Below are positions 30,728 to 42,143 of a stretch of 56,335 nt of DNA, in pieces. A program made the translations under genes and the position numbers. How positions within the stretch are numbered: position 1 is the stretch's first letter; every line of letters begins with the position of its first letter. Below the pieces are notes generated by a model. The model ran no database searches. It saw only the letters and a list, made by a program, of their open reading frames with translations, and was not told the DNA's origin. This stretch comes from Polyangiaceae bacterium (GTDB lineage Bacteria > Myxococcota_A > Polyangia > Polyangiales > Polyangiaceae), in the NCBI GenBank assembly GCA_044222475.1, contig JBGANF010000041.1, forward strand, positions 1 to 56,335, written 5' to 3'.

Positions 30728-31723
30728 GTGCGCGAACGCTCGTTCCTCCTCTGCGTCCTGCTCGTCGCGTGCTCCGACCCCTCGGCCGGGCCCGAGGCGG
30801 ACGCAGCCCCGGACACCCAGGCGACGAGCGACGCTGCCTCCGACGTCCCCGCCGTCGACTCCGGCGGCGACGCGGGCGACGCGGCTTTCCCCAATCCGCT
30901 CCAAGGCATCGGCCCCGCCACGCTGATCCAAGGGGGCTTCGTCTTCCTCGAAGGGCCCATCTGGCGCGCGACGACGAGCGACCTCCTGTTCAACGACCTC
31001 GGCGTAGCGACGCCGCTCACGAAGAAGCTCGTCCTCCCGAGCACGTTCACCGATTTTCGGAACCCGTCCGGTGCCGCGAACGGGATGGCGCTCGACCCGC
31101 AGAAGAAGCTCGTCGTCTGCGAGGGCTACGGCGCCGGCGTCGGCGGGCGGCGGCTCTCGCGCGAGACCGGGGCCACCTTCACGACGATCGTGTCGACCTT
31201 CGGCGGGAAGAAGCTCAACTCGCCGAACGACGTCATCGTCCGGAGCGACGGGATGATCTGGTTCACCGACCCCGACTACGGCGTCGGCGGCGCGAAGGAG
31301 CAGACGTTCAACGGGGTGTACCGCGTGGATCTCCAGAACCAGATCACCCTCGTCAGCGACAAGCTCCAGCTCCCGAACGGGATCGCGCTCTCGCCCGACG
31401 AGAAGACGCTCTACGTCGCCGACAACGGCGCGGGGAAGATCCTCGCGTACCCGGTCGCCCCCGACGGGTCGACGGGAACGCCCGCGAGCTTCTGCAACGT
31501 CGCTCAGCCCGACGGGATCACGGTCGACGACGCCGGCAACGTGTACTCGTCGTCGACGAGCGGCGTCGAGGTCTTCGCCCCGAGCGGTACCAAGTTGGGA
31601 TCGATCCCCGTCGCCGAGCAGCCGGCGAACGTCGCGTTCGGCGGCCCGGATCGGCGCACGCTCTTCATCACCGCCCGCAAGGGCCTCTATTCGGTCAAAC
31701 TCAACGTTCCGGGGTCACCATGA
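30728..31723 (+). CDS. SMP-30/gluconolactonase family lipoprotein
   Basis: LVAC lipobox; EGPIW, ANG, LNSPND, FTDP, PNGIALSPD, PDG, NVAFGG. Confidence 0.92.
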   Translation: MRERSFLLCVLLVACSDPSAGPEADAAPDTQATSDAASDVPAVDSGGDAGDAAFPNPLQGIGPATLIQGGFVFLEGPIWRATTSDLLFNDLGVATPLTKKLVLPSTFTDFRNPSGAANGMALDPQKKLVVCEGYGAGVGGRRLSRETGATFTTIVSTFGGKKLNSPNDVIVRSDGMIWFTDPDYGVGGAKEQTFNGVYRVDLQNQITLVSDKLQLPNGIALSPDEKTLYVADNGAGKILAYPVAPDGSTGTPASFCNVAQPDGITVDDAGNVYSSSTSGVEVFAPSGTKLGSIPVAEQPANVAFGGPDRRTLFITARKGLYSVKLNVPGSP

Positions 31724-32085
31724 TGGCTTGGGCATCGCTCGTCTTCCTCGGCATCGTCGCCGCGCTCCACCTCTACTTCCTCGTCCTCGAGATGTTTCTC
31801 TGGACCACGCCTCGTGTGCGAAAGGGCTTCGGGATGACCGAGGAGCAAGCGGAGGCGACCAAGGTCCTCGCGAAGAACCAAGGGCTCTACAACGGGTTCC
31901 TCGCGGCCGGCCTCGTGTGGGCGATCGTCGACGAGCAACGCCGTGTGGCGGTCGGCATCTTCTTTCTCGGCTGCGTCATCATCGCCGGCATCTACGGCGC
32001 GGCGACGGCGTCGAAGCGGATCCTGTTCGCGCAGGCGGTACCCGGGCTGATCGCGCTGGGTCTTCTCGTGGAGGCGTTCCGATGA
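31720..32085 (+). CDS. DUF1304 membrane protein
   Basis: HLYFLVLEMFLW...LAKNQGLYNGFLAAG...AGIYGA...QAVP. Confidence 0.85.
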   Translation: MMAWASLVFLGIVAALHLYFLVLEMFLWTTPRVRKGFGMTEEQAEATKVLAKNQGLYNGFLAAGLVWAIVDEQRRVAVGIFFLGCVIIAGIYGAATASKRILFAQAVPGLIALGLLVEAFR

Positions 32086-32453
32086 GGGCGATCGTGCTCG
32101 CAATGTGCTTGGTGGCGTGCGGCGGAGCTGCGACGCCGGCCGCCCAACCGACGACCGCCGCTTCGACGCCCACGGCGACGAAGGTCGACGGGGCTCGCGC
32201 CAAGGAGCTCGTGGCGCAGGGCGCGAAGCTGGTCGACGTGCGGTCTCCCGAGGAGTACGCCGCCGGTCACGTCGACGGAGCGGTCAACGTCCCGGTCGAC
32301 ACGGTTTCGACCCACGACTTCGGTGCCAAGGACGGCGCGATCATCGTCTACTGCGGCAGCGGAGCGCGGAGCGCCCGGGCGGCGACGGCGCTGACGGGGC
32401 AGGGGTACACGGCGGTCTACGACCTCGGAGCGATGTCGAACTGGGGGAGGTAG
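32082..32453 (+). CDS. Rhodanese-domain lipoprotein
   Basis: LVAC lipobox; LVDVRSPEEYAAGHVDGAVNVP and VYCGSGARS. Confidence 0.9.
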   Translation: MRAIVLAMCLVACGGAATPAAQPTTAASTPTATKVDGARAKELVAQGAKLVDVRSPEEYAAGHVDGAVNVPVDTVSTHDFGAKDGAIIVYCGSGARSARAATALTGQGYTAVYDLGAMSNWGR

Positions 32454-32505
32454 GGCCGGCTGCGTCCGGCGCGACCCCGAGTCTTCGTCCGTCTTTTCGC
32501 CGGGA

Positions 32506-32533
32506 TTGACACGATAGCCAAACCTTGTAAGTT
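32506..32533 (+). promoter_or_regulatory. Sigma70-like promoter of the tRNA pair
   Basis: TTGACA-16 nt-TAAGTT followed by the GC-rich discriminator gcgcgcc. Confidence 0.7.
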
Positions 32534-32557
32534 GCGCGCCGCTTACCCCGGATTTCT

Positions 32558-32631
32558 TGGGGGATCGTCTAATGGCAGGACGACGGATTCTGGCTCCGTC
32601 TATCTAGGTTCGAATCCTAGTCCCCCAGCCA
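32558..32631 (+). tRNA. tRNA-Gln (CTG)
   Basis: Acceptor TGGGGGA/TCCCCCA, anticodon arm ACGGA-TTCTGGC-TCCGT, T-loop TTCGAAT, encoded CCA. Confidence 0.96.
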
Positions 32632-32694
32632 GTACACCCAGCCAGAACTCGCTTCTCTTCTTCGCTCTTCGCGCTTCTTTCTTCGGCCTAGCAA

Positions 32695-32766
32695 GGCCCC
32701 ATCGTCTAGCGGTTAGGACACCGGCCTCTCACGTCGGTAACGCGGGTTCAATTCCCGCTGGGGTCG
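32695..32766 (+). tRNA. tRNA-Glu (CTC)
   Basis: Acceptor GGCCCCA/TGGGGTC, anticodon arm CCGGC-CTCTCAC-GTCGG, T-loop TTCAATT; CCA not encoded. Confidence 0.95.
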
Positions 32767-32807
32767 CCCCCTTCCTCGGTGTGTGAGACACCGAGAACGC
32801 GCAACAC

Positions 32808-32848
32808 CACGAGAGCCTGCGGCACCCGCCGCGGGCTCTTCGTGTTTC
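32808..32848 (+). terminator. Hairpin after the tRNAs (probable terminator)
   Basis: cacgagagcctgcgg-caccc-gccgcgggctcttcgtg followed by ttt. Confidence 0.6.
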
Positions 32849-32865
32849 ATGTGCTCACGGCACGT

Positions 32866-33906
32866 TCACGGCGCACAGCAGACCGTGACCGGGCTCGCGA
32901 GCACCGCCGTGCCGGTCGGTGCGCCTCCGCTCGCCGGGCAAGTCGCCGTGCCGGGCGCGGTCGCGACCATCTTGAACTTCGAGCCGTGAGGAACGCACGC
33001 GGGGAGCGTGACCGGCGCTTGCTGCGCCGAACCGCAGCCGATGTCGGCGTAGGGCGTCGCCGTCGCCGTGCAGCTCCCGGTGGCGGAGCCGCACGCGCAG
33101 GCCCCGCAGTCGCGTGTGTCGGTCACGTCGCGGTAGGTCAGCGGCTTCTTCACGGAGTACGGCCCGGCCGGACACGCGACGTCACCGTTCTGCGCGATGC
33201 AAAGCCCGGTCTGAAACGGCGAGCCCGCGAGCGTCGCGCAGACCTCGCCGGACTTGCAGTCGACCTGGGCGAGCGTCGGCGCGCGGCACCCGAGCGAGCG
33301 CGTCGCGAACGTCAGCGCCGGGAGCGTCGGCGTGGGCTTCGGCGCTTGAGGCGTGCAGGTCGCCGACAGCGAAGGCGCGGTGACGTACACGGACACCGCC
33401 TCGCTGACGCCGTTGCAGTAGGCCCGGCTGCACGCACCCGACGAGACGGTGATCGGCCCGACGCCGCACGCGCCGGTGCATCCGGTGTTCGCGTACGGCG
33501 TGACGGTGGACTTGCCGCACGAGATCGCCGAAGCAGTGCACGCGCAGGCCGAGCACTGTGCTTGCGGAACCGCGCCCAGGCCGGCGTTGCCGCTGACCTC
33601 GGCGAGCGGCGCATCCCCCGGACAGGATGGAGCGCTCGACGGAGCGCCGGTGTAGAGCGCGAACGGTCCGGACCATCCCGCGGGCGCGGCGGTGACGCAC
33701 TTGAAGGATCCACCGCTGCACGACGCCGGCACCGGCACGTCGGGGACCACCTGCACGTCGGCGATCGCGTCGCTCGACCCCGCGCCATCCACCACGCTCG
33801 CGTCGGTCTTCGTGGGCAGATCGGGGCCGAGCCCGTCGAGCGAGGTGACCAGCGAGCACCCCACGCTCGCCATCACGATCGCCACGCCCCACTTCGTGAG
33901 CCTCAT
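32866..33906 (-). CDS. Cys-rich putative lipoprotein
   Basis: MRLTKWGVAIVMASVGC lipobox; two CxxCxC repeats, ends VTVCCAP. Confidence 0.85.
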   Translation of the reverse strand: MRLTKWGVAIVMASVGCSLVTSLDGLGPDLPTKTDASVVDGAGSSDAIADVQVVPDVPVPASCSGGSFKCVTAAPAGWSGPFALYTGAPSSAPSCPGDAPLAEVSGNAGLGAVPQAQCSACACTASAISCGKSTVTPYANTGCTGACGVGPITVSSGACSRAYCNGVSEAVSVYVTAPSLSATCTPQAPKPTPTLPALTFATRSLGCRAPTLAQVDCKSGEVCATLAGSPFQTGLCIAQNGDVACPAGPYSVKKPLTYRDVTDTRDCGACACGSATGSCTATATPYADIGCGSAQQAPVTLPACVPHGSKFKMVATAPGTATCPASGGAPTGTAVLASPVTVCCAP

Positions 33907-33957
33907 CGATGGATCCTCACCCATCGTCCCACGGTTGTCCACGCGTTCGTAACGGAG

Positions 33958-34419
33958 TTACGGGCTTTCGGGATCGGCGTAGGCCGACGGGAGGTCCTTC
34001 ATCGACACGACCTGGATGTCGGCCCGCTCGAGGAAGCCGACGCCGGTGCGGTCCTTTCCGTCGACGTCGTAGACGACGCGCACGACGCCGCCGAGGTTGA
34101 TGAGCCGCTTCGCGCACATCGGGCAGGGCAGGTTCGTGCAGAGCACCACCTTCGGGATCGCCCGCGCGGCCGCGCAGTGGATCACCGCGTTCTCCTCGGC
34201 GTGCAGGCACCCGCATTTGCTGGGGTCGTCGCTGTCGCAGTCGTTCGGGAGACCGGCGGCGTTGCCGTTGTAACCGACGGCCAAGACCTGCCGGTAGTCG
34301 ACGCTGACGATCGCGCACCCCGCCGCGAGACGACGGCAGGACGACCGCTCGGCCAGCGCTCGAGCGAGGCGCATGTAGACCTCGGTGAAGGTGGGTCGCT
34401 CGGGTTTCGGGTCGGCCAT
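33958..34419 (-). CDS. dCMP deaminase (ComEB-like)
   Basis: RSSC, GYNG, HAEENA and PCPMC zinc motifs. Confidence 0.9.
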   Translation of the reverse strand: MADPKPERPTFTEVYMRLARALAERSSCRRLAAGCAIVSVDYRQVLAVGYNGNAAGLPNDCDSDDPSKCGCLHAEENAVIHCAAARAIPKVVLCTNLPCPMCAKRLINLGGVVRVVYDVDGKDRTGVGFLERADIQVVSMKDLPSAYADPESP

Positions 34420-34463
34420 GACTACCGATCGGAATACCAAACTGGAGTTCCAAAAGCTTGTGC

Positions 34464-34491
34464 TTGACGAACCGCGGAGAGGGTTTACCTT
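34464..34491 (+). promoter_or_regulatory. Sigma70-like groESL promoter
   Basis: TTGACG-16 nt-TACCTT upstream of the CIRCE element. Confidence 0.6.
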
Positions 34492-34505
34492 GCGCGCCAC
34501 AGGTT

Positions 34506-34532
34506 TTGGCACTCGCACCTGTCGAGTGCTGA
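34506..34532 (+). promoter_or_regulatory. CIRCE element (HrcA operator)
   Basis: TTGGCACTC-N9-GAGTGCTGA versus consensus TTAGCACTC-N9-GAGTGCTAA, just upstream of groES. Confidence 0.92.
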
Positions 34533-34548
34533 CAAAGAAGGAAAAGCC

Positions 34549-36541
<1,993 letters not shown>

Positions 36542-36549
36542 CGCGCCGA

Positions 36550-36614
36550 CGGCGGGGAAAGGACGGGGAGGGGGACGGGGAGGGGCGCACCGCCCCCGTC
36601 TCCGTCCCCGCCGC
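36550..36614. repeat. G-rich/C-rich hairpin after groEL (REP-like or terminator); similar arm near 55470-55505
   Basis: ggcgggga...ggacggggaggggcg pairs with cgcccccgtctccgtccccgcc. ccgtccccgccgcag recurs downstream of greA. Confidence 0.55.
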
Positions 36615-36716
36615 AGGCGACACGACCCCGAAGTGCACGCGTGACGCGTCGCGCACTCTCTCGGTCCGACCCTTTTTGACTTGCGATCTTCGGGTCGGGT
36701 ACGCTTCGAGCCTCGC

Positions 36717-37421
36717 ATGTCGGACTCCCTTTTCGTGCGCTTCGGGCGTGACTTTCACGCCGGAGAGGTCCTCTTTCGCGAGGGCGAGAAGGGTGACGAG
36801 ATGTACGTCATCCAGTCCGGGTTGGTCGTGATCACGAAGCTCACCGGCGATGTCGAGCGCCCGCTCGCCACGCTCGGTCGCGGAGAGTTCCTCGGCGAGA
36901 TGGCGATCCTGAACGGCAAACCGCGCACGGCGACCGCGACCGTGGTCGAGGATGCGCGCTGCCTCGTGTTCGACGGCGCGACGCTCGAGACGATGATCAC
37001 GAAGAACCCCGAGATCGCGCTTCGCCTCATCAAGAAGCTCTCCGCCAGACTCGACTCGGCCGACGCGCTCGTTCAGATCCTGCTCAACCCCGACCCGCAG
37101 GCGCGCGTGCTGCTCGCGCTCCAGCGCCACGCCGACGCGTTCGGCCAGCAGACGCCCGAGGGGATCCGCGTCCACGTCTCGGCCGAGGACATCGCGCTCC
37201 AGGTGGGGGTCCCGCAGAAGCAGGTCGAGGACGTCCTCAATCGGTTGCGCCGCCTGCGCATCGTCCGGCAGGGAGGGACCGACTCGCTCGAGACGCCGGT
37301 GCCCGAGGCCAACGCACTCATCATCGCGGACGTGGGCCGTCTGCACGAGTTCCTCGAGCTCGTGGAGATGCCGCGAAAGTTCGGCGAGACCGACGAGGGC
37401 CATGCCCAGGAGGGCACCTGA
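36717..37421 (+). CDS. Crp/Fnr-family regulator with cNMP-binding domain
   Basis: LFREGEKGDEMYVIQSG, GEFLGEMAIL...PRTATA, C-terminal HTH-like region. Confidence 0.9.
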   Translation: MSDSLFVRFGRDFHAGEVLFREGEKGDEMYVIQSGLVVITKLTGDVERPLATLGRGEFLGEMAILNGKPRTATATVVEDARCLVFDGATLETMITKNPEIALRLIKKLSARLDSADALVQILLNPDPQARVLLALQRHADAFGQQTPEGIRVHVSAEDIALQVGVPQKQVEDVLNRLRRLRIVRQGGTDSLETPVPEANALIIADVGRLHEFLELVEMPRKFGETDEGHAQEGT

Positions 37422-37422
37422 C

Positions 37423-38190
37423 GTGGACCTTCGCGTAATCGGCTGCCACGGCGGCGAGACCCCCAAGCATCGGACGAGCGCGTTCATCCTCGACGACCGA
37501 CTCGCGATCGACGCGGGCTCGCTCACGAGCGGGATGGAGCTCAAGGCCCAGTGCGCGCTCGACGGCGTGCTCGTGAGCCACGCTCACCTCGACCACATCC
37601 GCGATCTCGCGACCATCGCCGACAACCGCGTCCAGAACGGGTGCAAGCCGCTCATCGTCGCGAGCACCGCGTTCACGATCGGGATCTTGAAGAAGCACTT
37701 CTTCAACGATCTCCTCTGGCCCGACTTCTCCCGCATCCCCACGAAGTCGAAGCCGACGATCAAGTACCAGGTGCTCAAGCCCGAGGTCGCGGCGGACGTG
37801 TGCGGCTACCGCGTGCGCGCCATCCTCGTCTCGCACACCATCGAGTCGTGCGCGTTCGTCGTCGAGGGCAAGGACGGCGCGATCGGCTACAGCGGCGACA
37901 CCGGCCCCACCGATCGCCTCTGGGAAGTCCTCGGCGAGACGAACCGCCTGAAGGCGCTCCTCATGGAAGTCAGCTTCCCGAACTCGGAGCACAAGCTCGC
38001 GAAGGTGAGCGGCCACCACACCCCCGAGACTCTCGGGAGGGACCTCTTGAAGTACAAGAGCCCGAAGGACCTTCCGACGCTGCTCTACCACATCAAGCCG
38101 GTGTTCCAGCGCCAGGTCGAGCGGGAGTGCGCGAAGATCAAGGGCGCGAACCTGACGCTCCTCGACCTCGGCGATCAGTTCCTTCTCTAG
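37423..38190 (+). CDS. Class II 3',5'-cyclic nucleotide phosphodiesterase (MBL fold)
   Basis: GCHGG, IDAG, SHAHLDHI, HFFNDLLWPDF, SGDT, EVSFPN, HIKP. Confidence 0.88.
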   Translation: MDLRVIGCHGGETPKHRTSAFILDDRLAIDAGSLTSGMELKAQCALDGVLVSHAHLDHIRDLATIADNRVQNGCKPLIVASTAFTIGILKKHFFNDLLWPDFSRIPTKSKPTIKYQVLKPEVAADVCGYRVRAILVSHTIESCAFVVEGKDGAIGYSGDTGPTDRLWEVLGETNRLKALLMEVSFPNSEHKLAKVSGHHTPETLGRDLLKYKSPKDLPTLLYHIKPVFQRQVERECAKIKGANLTLLDLGDQFLL

Positions 38191-38290
38191 CGGTCTCCAG
38201 CTTCTACGAGCACGGCGCGGATTCCGCTTGCGCCGCGGCCGGGCCAGTGGAAAAGAGGATCCCCCCTTTTTTCCCCTTTCCCCGAGCCGA

Positions 38291-40618
38291 ATGGCAGAAG
38301 CGATCATCCCCGTACCCGGGCTCGAAGACGACGAAGACGGCGCCCGCATCGTGCGGGACGAGCTTCGCCTCTTCCGCACCGTCAGCAGCGCCCTCGACGC
38401 GGCCGAGCGGCGATCGCACGCCGAAGGCGCCGATCGGAGCTCGGACGACGCGCGCCTCCTCGAGCTCCGCGAAGACGTGTCGACGGCGAAGCCCGAGGAC
38501 CTGCCGGCGCTGTTCGAGCAGATGCACACCCTCGGCGCGCTGCGCGCTCAGCGGGGCAAGAGCTCGACCGGCGTCATCGACCGGAAGTCGCCCTACTTCG
38601 GGCACCTCCGCCTGGAAGAAGACGGCAAGCGGCGCGACGTGCTCATCGGCGGTCGCTCGTACCTCGACCCGAACGCCGGCGTGAAGATCGTCGACTGGCG
38701 CAACGCGCCGGTGAGCAAGATCTTCTACCGCTACCAAGAAGGCGACGACTACGAGGAGGAGCTCGGCGAGCGCATCGTCGAAGGCATGGTCACGATCCGA
38801 CGCACGGTCGCGATCAGCGGGGGAGAGCTCGTGCGCGTCTCGTCTCGCCAAGGGACGTTCGTTCGCCAGGGCGATCGCTGGAAGCGCGTCGAAGCCACGA
38901 AGGCGCGCCTGCGCACCGGCGACGTGGAGCGAGCGCGCCTCGGCGCCAACTCCGACGTCGCGCGCCGCGAAGATCGCTTCCTCCCCGAGATCTCGGCGAT
39001 GCTCGACCCCGCACAGTTCGAGCTGATCGCGAAGCCGGGCTCCGGCGTCGTCGCGATTCAGGGCAGCGCCGGCAGCGGCAAGACGACCGTCGGTCTGCAC
39101 CGTGCCGCGTACCTCGCGTTCGCGGACCCGCGGCGCTTCCGCGCGGACAAGATGCTGATCATCGTGCCGAACGACGCGCTGAGGCACTACGTCGCGCGCG
39201 TGCTGCCCTCGCTCGGCGTCGACGGCGTGAACGTCACCACGTTCACCCGGTTCGGAGCGCGCGCCACGATCGAGCTGTTTCCCAAGCTCCCGTCGGCGAT
39301 CTCGGACGAGACGCCCGCCGTCGTCTCCCGCGCGAAGTCGCACCCGGCGATGCTCCGCGAGATGACGCGCCTCCGCGACGGCATCGACCGCGAGATCGAC
39401 CAACGCATCCGCACGACGATGGCCAAGTGGCCCGACGGCGAGCGCGTCGTTCGCGCCTGGGCCGAGGTTCCGAAGACGCTCGCGCCGGACTCGAAGCTGA
39501 CGATGCTCGCCGGCTGGCTCGCCGGGAAACGCCCGCTCGGCAAGGAGCCGGCGGCCGGCCTCCCCGACGTGACCCGGGCAACGCTCGAGAAGCTCGGCCA
39601 CGACCTGCGGCACCTCACGCGAGGAGTCGTCCCAACTTGGGACGAGCTGCTCACGTCGCGCGAAGCGCTCGGTCGCGCCTTCGCCGACGTCCCGACGATG
39701 GGCCCTGCGCGGCTCGATCAGGTGCACGACTGGTGCGTCAAACAGGCGAGGATCCGCGCCGAGGGCGAGCGCGACGGCGATGCGCCGTCGATCGACGCCG
39801 AGGACCGCGCGCTCCTGCTGCGCCTCTGGCAGCTCCTGCGCGGACCCCTCACCGACGCCGACGGCAGCCCGCTGCGGCTCGCCCACTTGTTCGTCGACGA
39901 AGTCCAAGACGCGTCACCGGTCGAGCTACGCGTCCTCATGGACCTCGCCGATCAGGATCAGTGCATCACGCTCGCCGGCGACGTCGCGCAGCGCATGGAC
40001 GACGACGACGAAGGCCGCGGCGAGTTCCACTGGCCCGAGCTCCTCGAGGAGCTCGGACTGCCGGCGACGAAGCTCGAGCCGCTGAAGGTGAGCTACCGCT
40101 CCACGTCGGAGATCACGCAGTTCGCGCGCGCAGTACTCGGTCCGCTCGCGCACGACGCAGAGCCGATCGCGACGCGGCACGGGCCCCCGGTCGAGCTCTT
40201 CACCTTCGCGTCGTCGGGGGAGGCGGTCGCCTTCCTCGCCGATGCTCTGCGCCAGCTCCACTCGGACGAGCCGCAGGCCAGCGTCGCGCTGGTCGCGCGG
40301 TTTCCGCAGCAAGCCGCCCTCTATTTCGACGGCCTCGAGCGCGCCGAGGTGCCGAACGTACGCCGCGTCGCAAAGCAGGACTTCACCTTCGAGCCCGGGT
40401 TCGACGTCACCGACATTCGGCAGACGAAGGGCCTCGAGTTCGACGAGGTCATCCTCCTCGAGACGAGCGAGTCGAGCTTCCCCGATCGTCCGCCGGCGCG
40501 GCATGCGCTGTACGTCGGCGCCACGCGCGCCGCGCACCAGCTCTGGTGCGTCACCGGCGAGAAGCCGTCGCCCGTCGTCCTGGGCGCGCTGTCCGCGATC
40601 GAGCCCGCAGCCAGCTGA
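38291..40618 (+). CDS. UvrD/HelD-like superfamily 1 ATPase
   Basis: SPYFGHL, IVDWRNAPVS, QGSAGSGKTTVGLHRAAYL, VDEVQD, LAGD, SYRST, KGLEFD, LYVGATRA. Confidence 0.85.
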   Translation: MAEAIIPVPGLEDDEDGARIVRDELRLFRTVSSALDAAERRSHAEGADRSSDDARLLELREDVSTAKPEDLPALFEQMHTLGALRAQRGKSSTGVIDRKSPYFGHLRLEEDGKRRDVLIGGRSYLDPNAGVKIVDWRNAPVSKIFYRYQEGDDYEEELGERIVEGMVTIRRTVAISGGELVRVSSRQGTFVRQGDRWKRVEATKARLRTGDVERARLGANSDVARREDRFLPEISAMLDPAQFELIAKPGSGVVAIQGSAGSGKTTVGLHRAAYLAFADPRRFRADKMLIIVPNDALRHYVARVLPSLGVDGVNVTTFTRFGARATIELFPKLPSAISDETPAVVSRAKSHPAMLREMTRLRDGIDREIDQRIRTTMAKWPDGERVVRAWAEVPKTLAPDSKLTMLAGWLAGKRPLGKEPAAGLPDVTRATLEKLGHDLRHLTRGVVPTWDELLTSREALGRAFADVPTMGPARLDQVHDWCVKQARIRAEGERDGDAPSIDAEDRALLLRLWQLLRGPLTDADGSPLRLAHLFVDEVQDASPVELRVLMDLADQDQCITLAGDVAQRMDDDDEGRGEFHWPELLEELGLPATKLEPLKVSYRSTSEITQFARAVLGPLAHDAEPIATRHGPPVELFTFASSGEAVAFLADALRQLHSDEPQASVALVARFPQQAALYFDGLERAEVPNVRRVAKQDFTFEPGFDVTDIRQTKGLEFDEVILLETSESSFPDRPPARHALYVGATRAAHQLWCVTGEKPSPVVLGALSAIEPAAS

Positions 40619-41519
40619 CGAACCCGACGAGGGCCGCGAGGGCCACCGCGAACCGTGGCTCGGCCTCGCCGGCCACCGCACACCCGCACCCCGAGTGCCG
40701 GGACGGCGGGACGACCGCCGGCGCCGTGGAGGCAGCGGCGGCCGGCGCCGCGTCGGCTGGTGCGGCCGCGTCCTCGACCTGGCTCGTCGCGCCGGCGTCG
40801 CTCGCAGGCGTGACGTTCGCGGCCACGCGGCGGTGGTCCAGGAGCCAACGCACGATGGCCGGCCCGTGCGAAGAGAGGGCCTTCCACTCGACGTCGTGGT
40901 CGGCGCCAGCGAGGACCGTCCACTGCGTCTCCTGCTTGCACGCGACGTAGTAGTCGTGGAGCCCGACCTGCAGACCGTGGAGCGGGTTGCTCGCTCCGAC
41001 GAGGAAGTACGCTCCGACCGTGTTCGATCCGCAGTCGGTCGTCCCCGGGGGCGCACCGCCGCCGTGGATCACGAACGCCGAGAACCGCTTCTCGAGATCG
41101 AGCGAGCGAAAGCCGATGTACGTCGCGCCGCCGGACCACCCTGCGATCCACATCCGAGTCCGGTCGATCGTGCGCTTCTGCGCGAGGGCGGCGATCTGAT
41201 CGTCGATCCACTCGGGCGGACCGTTCCATTTCCAGTAGCTCCCTTGGCAACCTCGGTCCTTGGGGCACGCGAGGGAGAGGAGGGCGATCCCCTGCGCGGC
41301 GACGAGCGGCTCCCACACCGCGTGGAGCGCGGTGGCGTCGTTTCCCCAGTCGCCGTGGAGGAGCACGAGAAGCGGCGCGGGGTCGCTTCCCTCGGACCAC
41401 GAGCTCACGCAGCCGGCGCAGGGTACGTTCGGCGCGCGGGTGCGCGGCGCCGCGTCCGCGGAGCGCGCGCAGAGCGCGATCGCGACCACCGCCGCGACGG
41501 CGTCAGTTCTCCGCGACAT
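40551..41519 (-). CDS. Secreted alpha/beta hydrolase (esterase) with MYXO-CTERM-like tail
   Basis: Signal peptide, LLVLLHGD, GWSGG nucleophile motif, GADH; C-terminal SGCGC + hydrophobic segment + basic residues. Confidence 0.8.
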   Translation of the reverse strand: MSRRTDAVAAVVAIALCARSADAAPRTRAPNVPCAGCVSSWSEGSDPAPLLVLLHGDWGNDATALHAVWEPLVAAQGIALLSLACPKDRGCQGSYWKWNGPPEWIDDQIAALAQKRTIDRTRMWIAGWSGGATYIGFRSLDLEKRFSAFVIHGGGAPPGTTDCGSNTVGAYFLVGASNPLHGLQVGLHDYYVACKQETQWTVLAGADHDVEWKALSSHGPAIVRWLLDHRRVAANVTPASDAGATSQVEDAAAPADAAPAAAASTAPAVVPPSRHSGCGCAVAGEAEPRFAVALAALVGFVSWLRARSRTARPGRRATASRR

Positions 41520-42132
41520 TCGTCCGGAGCTCTTCGCCGCCGGACGCCGTCTTGCCCCACGACGCCGAGACGCTGAGCGTGCCCGGTCCGGACGGACAGC
41601 TCACGTCGAAGAAGAGGTAGACGGTGGCCGACGTCGGATCGATCCGCCACGTGCGGGTCGCGGTGCCGATCGACGTGGTCGTCGGGCCGGCGTCCGGCGG
41701 CGCCACCGCGGCGTCGCGCGCGCCGCCGTCGTGGGCGCCACCGTCGGTCTTGCGCGCCCCGCCTTCGCTCGATCCCGCGTCGACCGTGCCGAGACCTGCG
41801 GTCGTGCCGAGCGGGAAAGGCTCCGGCTCCTCGACGATGGTCCCGCCGGTGATCTTAGGTGCAGAATACACGAATCCGCCGACGGTCGCGGTCGCCGAGC
41901 TGACGTCGATCTCCAGCCATCGGCCACCGCCAGGTTTGGGCACCCACCGCGCGGTCGCCACGACGCCGCCGCCGTAGCACCGGGCCGGGGGCGGCATCGG
42001 ATCGACGACGCCGTACCCGCCGCCGGTGCCCGATCCGCACTTGCTGCACGCGACGGTGCTCGCGAGCGCGGCGGTCGCCATCAGCTTCGACATGTGGCTG
42101 AGTGTGCTGCGCCGCGGGTTGGTCTTCTCCAT
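41503..42132 (-). CDS. GYxVVD-motif lipoprotein paralog P7
   Basis: MEKTNPRRSTLSHMSKLMATAALASTVAC...GYGVVDPMPPPARC; GAGGA RBS. Confidence 0.85.
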   Translation of the reverse strand: MEKTNPRRSTLSHMSKLMATAALASTVACSKCGSGTGGGYGVVDPMPPPARCYGGGVVATARWVPKPGGGRWLEIDVSSATATVGGFVYSAPKITGGTIVEEPEPFPLGTTAGLGTVDAGSSEGGARKTDGGAHDGGARDAAVAPPDAGPTTTSIGTATRTWRIDPTSATVYLFFDVSCPSGPGTLSVSASWGKTASGGEELRTNVAEN

Positions 42133-42143
42133 CCGTTCCTCGC

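Noticed and set aside
32558..32860. Prophage or island integrated at the tRNAs
   Set aside because: No integrase, no duplicated tRNA 3' end seen, and no composition shift.
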